Source: Macrostomum hystrix (lineage: Eukaryota; Animalia; Platyhelminthes). From it: a stretch of 64,000 nt of DNA. The stretch is taken from positions 3,658,001 through 3,722,000 of the forward strand of contig CATNEN010000012.1 of assembly GCA_950097015.1 (NCBI GenBank), written 5' to 3'. This document shows, piece after piece, positions 36,701-48,700 of the stretch (positions are counted from its first letter, which is position 1; every line of letters begins with the position of its first letter). A model generated the notes under the pieces. The model was not told where the DNA came from. It did not search any database and worked only from the letters and a program-made list of their open reading frames with translations. The position numbers were made by a program, and so were the translations under genes.

Positions 36701-39700
36701 GACAGCAGCAACAACAGGGCTGGCCATGAGCTGTACGACTGGCTCTCTGAAGGTCTGGCCTCGCCCACCATCCTCAATCAAGTTGGCCAGTTCACCAGAA
36801 TCGCCACCAAGAATGGCGTCACTTCCAGGAATGTCTTGGACCTCGGCCTGGCCACGGAGGACTTTCTGCCCTTTGTGCAGGACTTTGCAGTCGGTCCCGA
36901 CCTGGACAGCGACCACCTGCCAATCATCCTCACCCTCAACATTCAGTCGGCAAAGTGGGCAGGTCCCGCTAAGCCGAAAAACTTTTCCAAAACCGACTGG
37001 GATCAGTTCAGGCTGAAGATCAGTGAAGCCCTTCTTCCTGACCAGCCGACTCGCCTATCGAGTGCTCAGCAAATCGACGCCGAGGTCGAGCTCATCACAA
37101 AGGCCATCCACACGGTCATTGAGTCGACTGTGCCAGACTGTGGTGGCCGAAATGCTCTGCCCAAGCACATCCTTGAGCTGATCAAAGAGCGCCGACGACT
37201 TAGACGCCTCTTCAACAGCACCTGGGATGAAAACTTTAAAAGGCTGGCCAACCAAATGGCCAACAGGATCAAAAGGGAAATCACTTCCTTCCAGAGCGGC
37301 AAGCTCACCAAGCTGTGTGAGAATGTTGTCGAGAACAGCAAGAACAGCAAGGTCAAGAACTTCTGGCATGACACCAGGAAGCTGATGGGCAAGTTCAAGC
37401 CCAGCTCCATTCCAACCCTCACTTCGGGTCAAACCAGTGCGCACACTGATCTGGAGAAAGCGAACCTTCTCGCTGCCACTCTGGACTCAAAGATGCGCCC
37501 AGTCCCATCCACTTGCGACCAGCTCAAACAGGAGGTGGCCGAAGTGGCCAAGTTCATCGCCTTCTATCCGATTCCGGCCGACATCAATGGCATAGCCACT
37601 CACCCGCTTGAAGCCGCATTCACTGTAGCCGACACAGTGTGGGAGCTTGAGCACCTCAAGCCTGATGGAGCACCTGGGCTGGACAAGATTCCCAATCGAG
37701 TGCTCAAACTCGGCCTTGAAGGCGTGGCGATCACCAGGATCACCAGACTCTTTAACGCCTGCTTCAGTCAAGGGATCTTCCCCAGCGCTTGGAAGAAAGC
37801 TGTGGTGACAATGATCCCGAAGCCTGACAAACCGCCAGACAATCCAAACTCGTACAGGCCAATCAGCCTGACCTCTTGCTTAGGCAAGGTGTTTGAGAAG
37901 CTGATTGCCAAGAGACTCTCCAAATTCCTTGAAGACAAGAACATTCTTGGCGATGACCAATGCGCTTATCGCAAAGTCCACTCCACCTACGACAACCTGT
38001 GCCGATTGGTGCAGGACATGATGGTCGCAAAGTGCAAAGCAAAGAGGGCCGCTGCAGTCTTCCTTGATGTAGAGGCTGCCTTTGACTCTGCCTGGCACGA
38101 CATGCTTAGGAGCCGCATGCTCAACGCTGGCCTTCCTTCGATGCTGATGCGCATCCTGTCTGACTACCTCAGGAACAGGTACATCCAGGTGCGAGTCAAC
38201 AACTCGCTCAGTGAGCTGATCAGAATCCTAGCTGGCGTACCTCAGGGAGGCATCTTGAGTCCTCTCCTGTACCTGCTGTACGTCAGCACAATGCCGATTC
38301 CTGAGAATCCAAACGTGAAACGCAGTCAATTTGCTGACGACATGGCCATCTGGGCCTCCGCAGACACCTTTGCTGGTCTGCGGACTTGCCTCCAGAGCTA
38401 CCTCAGACAAGTCTGGAAGTGGTGCGGAAAGCAAGGCATCAGACTGAATGCCGACAAGAGCAAGGCCATCGCCTTCAACTACAAGCCGACAGCTCGCGCC
38501 GACTTGCGACCCAAACTGCAGCTGGGACAGACGGAGGTCCCCTACTGTCAGGAAGTGAAATTTCTAGGTGTCCTCCTCGACGCCAATCTTTGCCTGAATA
38601 AACACGTCGACAACATGGCGAATACGTGCAGGGCCATTGTCATGTCCCTGTGCCGCATCGCCAAGATCACCAAACTGAGCAGCGTCACTCTCAGAATGCT
38701 GTACAGGGCCTACGGTGAGAGTGCTCTCACCTACGGCGCCCCAATCTTGACTCTGATCTGCGTAACCAATCAGATCAAGCTACAAAAGATCCAGAACCTT
38801 GCTCTGCGAATCTGCTACGGTGTGCCTTCCTACCTGAGCACCGAGTACCTTCACAAACTGGCCGGCATGCCAATGCTCTCGGCCAGAGTCAAACAGCTCG
38901 GTGTGGCCTGGCTGCTCAAGATGAGAGCAGCTCGGCTGCACGGCTTCCACATCGAGCCGGAGCTGCCTCGCGCTCCGGGCCGAGTTCCCATCCTCAATGT
39001 CCTGTGGGCTGCCCTGAGGCGGGGACAAATCAACAGGCAGAACCCACTCCCAATCCAGGGCTGAGCAGTCTCTGAGACCCATGGCCCTGAAAGTAAACTA
39101 AAATGAAATTTAAATAGCTGCCTGAGCTCAAGAGAGCTGGTGAGCTGTGCTCAGCTGCTCTGTCATTCCATTCATTACGCTCTTTGCCTACTGACTTAAT
39201 GTCTTTTATTGCCTATGAGTACTAATGGCTGTATTGTCACTTTTGCTCTTTATTCACGAACTGCTCGCTTTTTATATACCAGAGTTTTTAATTCCCAAAT
39301 AAATGCATTGTTTTTACTTCTGCTTATTTTTTCTACTTTAAATGTGCAGCATTGCCTAGAAATGTTTTTAAATTCGCATTTCATGTTTTCATTTACTACT
39401 TTTATCTTCTATATTTCTTTAACAAATATTCTAATTGCTTTCAATTGCGCTCACAAATATCTTGCATGCATGCCTTTTAGATTTCCCTTTTTTATTAGAT
39501 CCTTTCTTTGTGCGGGATTCCCCCGTATATTTCTCTCCAGTATTCCAAATTCGTGCCCAAATATAGCGAAATATTGAGCAGTTTTATTTTCTTACTTATG
39601 ACTTCTTTTTTAATATTCGCCTTATTAATCTAGATCAAATGGCGTGTAAATATGTTATTAAATTTGATTAAAAATATTTAACAACTGCGGCTGAGTTCGT

Positions 39701-42700
39701 CAGAACTGAACCGCGCCCCAGTCTTTTGGGGGATTTGTATTAACAACAAAGATTTCGGTGGAAATCCTGGGAAATTTCTGTTAAAGGAAATACCTCACAA
39801 TCTTATTTTTGGGGAATAAATTGGCCAACTAACTGAGAGCGATTGCAGCCGATATGTATCGAAAAATCTATTGCGCTCACCTTTACCAAGTGCTTAGCAA
39901 TCATTCGCCACCTGGGTAGCAGCAGGTGTCGCTGCAGAGTGAAAGCCAGAATGACCAATGGGAAGGCCAGGGCAGCGTAGGCCAGCTGCAGGAACTGCGC
40001 CAGGCAGTTCAGTGTCAGCAGCAGAAGCACGTGCAGCATCTGCAGGGTGGTGAAGGCTAGCAGGACGGCGCTGGGCACGTCCAGGTAGGACTTTGGCTGG
40101 CGATTCTTCTTTAACCGAAGCAGGTTAAATAGGCGATCAGTTAGCTGCAGATCAGACAGGGCTGATAGGCCCATGTAGAGAAACATACCTGGGCAGGTAG
40201 AGAATCGAGGATTGTAAATGTATTTGCTTTGCTATAAAAACAATGATTAGCTACTTCGTAATTAGTATTTGATTACACCTGCCCAAACTGAGCCACATGA
40301 GTTGCCGACAGATGTTCAGTCCATGGACTAGAGGGTCGCCACAGCCACCCTGAATTACCCCAGCTAATGCTGGCACCCATTTGCGAGTAACAGCTGGGTA
40401 AACTGAAGCAATGCAGAGTTAGGTGTCCCAATGAGATCAGGATTCGAATCCCCGACCTTAAAGTCGTGTATCCGACGCTCTAACCACTTTACTACAACCC
40501 TTCGCTCAACCAATGTTATAGATAAAACAAGCAATATTTAAATCAAGCTCGCTACTATGAGTAGGCAGTCCAGCTCACCGTCCATAGCGGCTAGGGGAAT
40601 GAGGCGCAGCAGGCTGGCAGCCAATACGGACGCGGCCAGCAGGGCTCCCACAGCCAGGCCGCTAGCCCGCTGCTCGGCCACGCCCAGGACCCGTCGCGGA
40701 CAGCCGGGAATGGGATTGGCCGGGTCCGACAGGGTCAGCACCCGGACGTGCGTGTGCGAGCGGACGGTGGCGGCGGTGACCAGCGGCCAGCCGAGCAGGC
40801 CATGCAGAGGCGGAGCCAGAGCGGCGATCAGCGCCAGGTTGAGGTGATGGCCGGTGGGTTTGGCCAGCCGCTTGCCTAGCCCGATGCCGCATAGGCCAGT
40901 CTCTGTGAATAACACAACTGCGGTGCAGGCCCCGATGAGCAGGGCGATGAGGTGCCCGGAGGCTCCGATGGCGGCCAGCTCGGCGGTGCTGGGAAGGCGA
41001 GGCGACAGGCCGGACAGAAGCTGGCCGAGATCGCCGCTGAGCTGGTTGAGGTGAGACGGCGTTCTTAGAAACCGCAGTTCAATAGAAGGCGAGATGGAAA
41101 TTGGGTGGAAAAAAGACAGGATGAGATTCAGATAAGACAGGATGAGATTCAGATAAGACAGGATGAGATTCAGATAACACAGGATGAGATTCAGATAACA
41201 CAGGATGAGATTCAGATAACACAGGATGAGATTCAGATAACACAGGATGAGATTCAGATAAGACAGGATGAGATTCAGATAAGACAGGATGAGATTCAGA
41301 TAACACAGGATGAGATTCAGATAACACAGGATGAGATTCAGATAACACAGGATGAGATTCAGATAACACAGGATGAGATTCAGATAACACAGGATGAGAT
41401 TCAGATAAGACAGGATGAGATTCAGATAAGACAGGATGAGATTCAGATAACACAGGATGAGATTCAGATAACACAGGATGAGATTCAGATAAGACAGGAT
41501 GAGATTCAAATAACACAGGATGAGATTCAGATAACACAGGATGAGATTCAGATAACGCAGGATGAGATTCAAATAACACAGGATGAGATTAAAATAACAC
41601 AGGATGAGATTCAGGTAGTTCAGGGTGAGATTCAGATAACACAGGATGAGATTCAGGTAGTTCAGGGTGAGATTCAGATAACACAGGATGAGATTCAGAT
41701 AACGCAGGATGAGATTCAGATAACGCAGAATGAGATTCAGATAAGACAGGATGAGATTCAGATAAGACAGGATGAGATTCAGATAACACAGGATGAGATT
41801 CAGATAACACAGGATGAGATTCAGATAAGACAGGATGAGATTCAGATAACACAGGATGAGATTCAGATAAGACAGGATGAGATTCAGATAAGACAGGATG
41901 AGATTCAAATAACACAGGATGAGATTCAGATAACACAGGATGAGATTCAGATAACGCAGGATGAGATTCAAATAACACAGGATGAGATTAAAATAACACA
42001 GGATGAGATTCAGATAAGACAGGATGAGATTCAAATAACACAGGATGAGATTCAGATAACACAGGATGAGATTCAGGTAGTTCAGGGTGAGATTCAGATA
42101 ACACAGGATGAGATTCAGGTAGTTCAGGGTGAGATTCAGATAACACAGGATGAGATTCAGATAACGCAGGATGAGATTCAGATAACGCAGGATGAGATTC
42201 AGATAACACAGAATGAGATTCAGATAAGACAGGATGAGATTCAGATAACACAGGATGAGATTCAAATAACACAGGATGAGATTCAGGTAGTTCAGGGTGA
42301 GATTCAGATAACACAGGATGAGATTCAGATAACGCAGGATGAGATTCAGATAACACAGAATGAGATTCAGATAATACAGGATGAGATTCAGATAAGACAG
42401 GATGAGATTTAGGTAGTTCAGGGTGAGATTCAGGTAGGTCAGGTTGAGGATTCAGATAGGACTTAGGTAGACCTTACCTGTAACGCGGCGAGGCTGTGAT
42501 GCCGCATGGCGGTGTTCGCCAGCAGGGTGATGACAGCAATGGCCAATGGCACGTTTAGTCCGGCGATAAGGTCCCGGGTTCGACGGCCCAGATAGTTGCC
42601 CCGCTTGAACTGCAGGATCCTCAGCGCCAGCAGCGCTGTCGCCAGCGTCAGGAAGGCGGCGCCGGCCGCGTCTCCGGCCAGCTGGGTGAACATTCGCACA

Positions 42701-45700
42701 GTTGGCCGCAGCAGGAAGAAGATGGCGACGAACAAGTTGAAGATCTCCTCAGTGGCTCGGGTGATGCGGCTGGCCAGTCCAGCGCCATTCAGCATCAAGA
42801 TGGCCAAGCCGCACAAGCCGGTGTACACGCAGCAGACCGGGCGGAAGGCGCGCCAGGCCAGGCCGAGTGAGCCCGACAGGGAGCTGATTGCCTGCGGGCC
42901 GGCAGGGATGGGACATTGCTGGGAGATGGTGTGACATTTGCTGGGAGATGGAGTGACATTTCTGGGAGATGGTGTGACATTTTTGGGAGATGGTGTGACA
43001 CTTCTGGGAGATGGTGTGACATTTGCTGGGAGATGGTGTGACAAAATTGTTAGTAATGTCAACGGGGTCGTTTCACAAACCCTAATTTTCACAACGTCGC
43101 AAGACACACATTTTCATAAGCCCTAAATTTCATAAACCCTAATTTTCACAACGTCGAAAAGCCGACACAGCCGCTCGTATGAAAGGATCTGGTTTAGACG
43201 TTGTGAAAATTAGGGTTTGTGAAAGCGACCCATGTCAACTTGATCCTGTCCTTCCTATTCAACTGGTCCATGACTGTCAAGAAAACTGAGAGAGACAGAC
43301 TCAATCGTCTAGCTGGCCTGCAGGTAGCTTATGGAGAGTAGCGAAGTCCAGTGAAAAGTGAGAGGGCATTGTGCCCTGAACTATTTATTTAACCATAGTT
43401 AAGTTGGACAGACTGGAGGGGGTTAGCGGTACGATAACAAAAGAGTGCGCGACTGAGGGTAGGAGAGGAGGCTAGAATGTGAGCGGCGGACCAATCAGAA
43501 AGGAGGAAAGGAAGAATGGATAGAGAATGAGAGATCAGCCGCACAGATAAACGAGAGAGAAAGAACTATATTGAACTGGACGATGTACTCGTAAACAAGA
43601 AAAGTGCAGAGAACGAAAGAGTGAATAGAGGACAGAAGGCAAAGACGAAAGCCGCGACAATGACCATTAACCCCACCTGCTCCATGATGAAGACTGGGCC
43701 AGTGACTCCAACAAGCATCATCGGTTGGCCGCCGCCGACTGCGAAAGCCAGCTGTCCAAACCCGCTTGCCAGCATGGTCCGACTGACTGTCAGCTCGCCA
43801 GCTGTCTCATTGTGCAGCATTGCGCCGAAGGACACGGCCGGCGCCAAGCACGTGAAGAACACGAACAACAGGCCGGTTACTATTGGCAACGCGTGACGCT
43901 TTGCGTCAGTCAGATCGCTGTAGTACCGTCGACGCAGTTGGGCTAGATCGTTAAGGAGGCCGGCAGTCGCCCGCCAGATAGGACAGCGGCGATGAAGGGG
44001 AACTGCGGGTTAATGTGCCATTTTCTAAATGAATAAACCATATCTTAAACGGTTTCTTATCATACCGTTTTAGCGGCCTACGCCTGCAGCCCAGCGCGCA
44101 CGCACAGATAGGAAGAAGGGAGATAGAAAATGGTGGGGTGGGGTTTGGCCAGAGGTAGGCCTGCAGCCCATCACGGACGCACAGACAAAAAAGAAGGGGG
44201 AGAGAAAATGGTGGGGTGGGGTTTAGACCAACGGCCCAGCGCGCACAGACAGCAGGGGAGAGAAAATGGTGGGGTAAGGTTTAAGCCAGGGGCCTACGCC
44301 TGCAGCCTATCCAAGGACCCCTGAATAGAAGCATCTGGACTGGAAGCTAAAAATCTGAGTCACATTTTATTTACCACTGGAGGCCACTGCTATGATATAG
44401 GAAATTTGGAAACGAGCAAGGGCTTTTGTGAAAAAAAAACTGGTTTGGGGGACCAACTAGGGGGTAAGAAAAACCGCAATGTACATTGAGAAACGAAGCC
44501 CCACGCGCAGTAGGAGGTGGGTTGCTTTTTGCCCTCCTTATGTACATTAGAAGGGAGAGAAAGAATAAGCTAGAATGTAGATGGACTTTAAGGCCTGACT
44601 AACGATAACTTGGCGTTTCTTTTTATTTCACAGTATATGATATTCCACTTTACACTAGAGTCCCAAAGCTCACATATCTACTTCTTTCAAGAGTCAAGAC
44701 TATCTACAAGTTAGTCTTGTAGATAATCTACATTTCTACTAATCTACTAATCTACATTTATCATATAATTTCGTCAAAGTAAAAAATCGAACAAGACACA
44801 GAAGTATTGCAAATTAATTTCAAATCCATATAGACGAATAGAAACAAAGAATTATACTTCTGCTTTCATCGACTCATCATACTATGCAATGGTCAATAAG
44901 TGCTCCGCATTTGGATGTAAGAGCGGCTACAAGCACAGCACAACGCCGGATTCGATCACATTCCATCGCTATCCACTGCACGAGGCAAGCTTGTTAGAAA
45001 GTGGATTAAAGCGAAGCGAATCCTCGGAAGGATTTTAAGCCAACAGAGCATTGGAGACTATGCTCGCTTCATTTCACATCGCAGGACTTTGTTCAAGTGA
45101 CAAAGGACAGCAATCCGACTCGGTGAAACTCTAAATGTGCAGGTCTTCTAGAAAGACCTTATCTGCAGCCTCAGGAAGTTCCTACAATCTTCCCGAATGC
45201 GCCTATTTATCTTTCTTCTCATGCGACTGTAGCACGCAGTACGAGCAAGGCATCGTCATTTTCGCGTCTTCAAAGCGACAATACTCGTCAGCAAAACCAA
45301 GAAGCCTGCTTTCTGTCCTCTGATTCACTCCTAGGCCGCTCCCTGCTAGACATCAAATTGCTTCTTGATTCTGAAGTCAGCAAGCCTACTAGGTTTTATG
45401 TGAGCAGTTGCAACGAGCATTTGTATATATATATGCTGGACGTAAGTCAGGGCTGTCAAATAGCTTGCTACATTCGGATAGCGTTGAACTACACTGTTTC
45501 CATCGGTATAAAAAACACAACAGTTGCTATGACTCAATTTTCCGATCTGATTGATGAAGATGGCTGTATGCCCTCTGTAAGTTGCATTCTTAATTTAATG
45601 TCACGATTGAAAAGCTTGAAGGAAGAGCTGGAGCCACTTTCGGATGAAAATTCTGTGACAAATGAGTTTAGAGAGCGACAACATCGTCAGTATTTAAACC

Positions 45701-48700
45701 TGGCTGAATCTAATCTAGAAAGTGCACTCGAGAGGCTGGATGACAGGTTGCTCGCATTCGTTCTGGAGCAGCTTCAGTTGAATCGAAGGGCTTCATCTAG
45801 GAGGATCTACTCCCAGGAACTGCTGATATTCAGCTACATGATTTACTCATCGAGCTCTGCTGCGTACAACATTCTCAGGCAACAAGTACTTTGCTTGCCA
45901 TCTGAACGGCAATTACAGCTGCTGTGCCGCTTATTTGACGAGTTGATGGATGATGAGCTATATTCTTCAATCATGTGTTCGACCTCCTGCACTGAAGGAC
46001 ATGACATTAAACTCGCAGTTCAGAAGTCTTTTTTTAACTGTCTGATGAAGAATCTGGTGAATGATTTGTCTACGGATGGAGGCGCTGGCCGAAGGAAGAG
46101 AAAAGTGGCAAAGCTGACTGGTGCGATAAGTCCAAAATGAACAAGACAATTAAGTGACAATTTCGTTTGCTGCCATGAATTTTGACTAATCAATCATTTT
46201 AAACTTAGCACGAAATGCCATCATTTGCACGAATAGTCATTTTTTATTTGCGTGATTTTTTAGAAGCCATTATCATGTCTTGCTTTTTCACATGAATGCC
46301 AATTCATTACTTTTTATGTATTTGATTTGCACCCAACCAGGACTGCGCAGGAAAGACCTGATAGATGGATCAGGTAGGTTGAGTAGATGGATCATTTTAT
46401 TCTTTTTGAAGTGCAAATTTTGTGTAAGTGTAGCTATTGTTTGGAATGAAATAAATGTTTTGTATGCTAATGCTATTAAATCACTTATCAGTGCAGGTTG
46501 TGACGTCCGTTCAATGGGTTTCAGAGAGCCAGAAATGAGAGAAAAGCAAAAGAAAAGCATAATATGGAGTGGCCTCCAGAGGTAAGGGGGGGGTTGGGGA
46601 GCTTCCAGTCCAGATGCTATTTATAGAAGTCCTTGCCTTACCCCACCTCATGCCAACCGGCAGTCCATGCGGACATGCGAGGCCTGCAAGTCATCCAATC
46701 AAATCCGAGCAAGGCACCTAACTCAGTTGAGGCCAAGATGAGAGCCAGTGGCACAGCCGCAGCTATTGTAGTCCCTGTTCATTCTATAGACTGGGGGAAT
46801 GCCACAGCCTCAAAAATCTGTTAATAGTTGTCCTGAAGCTAGGTACAGTTAGGTGTCTTATTAAAGGACGCTAATAGCTCCAGTGGAGTCCAATTAAGTA
46901 CAGCAACTAGAGAGACACAATACACTACTGACAAGAGTAGGAAAGTAAATACTTGGCTGTTAAAATCTTTCACTGTTGCAATTGCAATCGCTTACCAGCA
47001 ACCACCGCAGCTTCGGTCTGCGCCGACAGGCGCTGCCCTGCGCTACCGTTGTCGTGGTGTCCATGTTCGCTGTCCTCTTCCGTCGAACTCGACGCAGCCG
47101 CTGCGGCTTCCTCGAATCTGACCAGCTCCTCGATGGTGTCCATTGTCCAGGCGGTCGGCGAGGGCAGCACCACTGTGCCGTCCAGGCTGCGATGGAGTGC
47201 GGCCACGAGGTCCCTGCGGCACCTGGCCGAGTAGAGGCCGGCTCGGAACACTGAGTCCATGCTCAGGCAGGCGAACACGCGCCCGAGCTCGTAGGCGAGC
47301 ACTGGGTCCGGGTCTGTCGGCGATGGCGGCGGCGCCATGCAGAGCAGGACGAAGCGGACTCCGCGGCAGCAGTCGGAGAGGTCGGCGCAGGCCAGCGGGC
47401 GGGCCAGCCGGCAGAGGAGAAGGCGCGGGCGGGCGAGAGCGGGGTGGTGGCCGACCAGCACCAGGGCCACTTCAGCCGAGTCGGACAGGTAGAAATCGAT
47501 TCGATTGTGCTTGCTGCTGCGGAGACATGCGCCACCGGATGACTGGGTGGAGGTCTAGGGCGATAGGCGATAGAGATAGGGATATTTGAGATTGGGATAT
47601 TTGTGATTGGGTTATTTGAGATTGGGATATTTAAGATTGGGATACTTAAGATTTGGATATTTGAGTTTAGGATGTTTGAGATTGCGATTTTTCAAATTGG
47701 TGGCCTCACTCACCCGACGCTTGTAGCCAAATACCAGCTCGTTGTCGCCCACATGATGCACTCCGCATTTCAAGGCCTCTGCAATCACGACCGAATCGCT
47801 CTCGCTGTCGCCATCTTCGCTGTTGTTGTCGACGGATTCGTCGGCCAGCCACTCGGTAGCCGCATCGACAAACTCGTTGAAGGTGTCGACGCCGGTGGCG
47901 TCCAGACGGACGGATCCCAGCTCCAGCTGCCTACGGAAATGAATGATGGAGTGAAAGGACAAAGCGGACACGTGTGGCCTCGACCAGCGCTCGCCGCAGG
48001 CCTCTGAGCACTGCTCATAGCGAATCCAACGAGTGGTCTCCTCCCAGATGCGGACACAGCTGCGGTATTCAAACAGCTCCACGAAAGCCTGCGGGACAGT
48101 CAGGGTCGAATATTGTAGTCGAATGTGCCACCATCTCCTCCACCATCAACTTATTGACTCAGCCGTTTCAATAAAGAATCACATCAGCCACTTTTGTTAC
48201 TCACCACCCCAGTCACCGCGTTCAAATCAACAGGCAGCCACCCCATGACTCATCACCTCAGCCACCCCATGACTCATCACCTCAACCACCCCATGACTCA
48301 TCACATCAGCCACCGCATTACTCATCACCTCAACCACCCCATGACTCATCGCCTCAGCCACCTCAAGACTCATCGCCTCAGCCACCCCATGACTCATCGC
48401 CTCAGCCACCTCAAGACTCATCACCTCAGCCACCTCAAGACTCATCACCTCAGCCACCTCAAGACTCATCACCTCAGCCACGTCACCATCGTGGTTTTCG
48501 CATGCATCCCGCAGATGCTGCGAATCGGCTGAAGTCGCCAGCTCAGGAGGTTCTGTTCCCTTCTTCTCAGGGGGGATATCGCGGGCTAGGATCGCTCAAA
48601 TGTTTCCGTTGATGGCGGCGTCGGCGCTGACGGTGGCGTCGACAGCGGCTTGGCTGCCTGGATTTCCCCCCGTCCGCCGGCGTCTCTATCTCTGAGTGAC

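Larger units (their letters stand above)
33216..39747 (+). mobile_element. Non-LTR retrotransposon copy 3 (6532 bp, more diverged)
   Basis: Same architecture; scattered substitutions, strongly diverged 3' UTR, TAACAAC tail ending at 39747. Confidence 0.95.

Noticed and set aside
40538-42412. Long ORFs of 435 and 575 aa
   Set aside because: Translations of a stop-free 21-bp intronic repeat; only ~41065-40579 is a real SLC4 exon.
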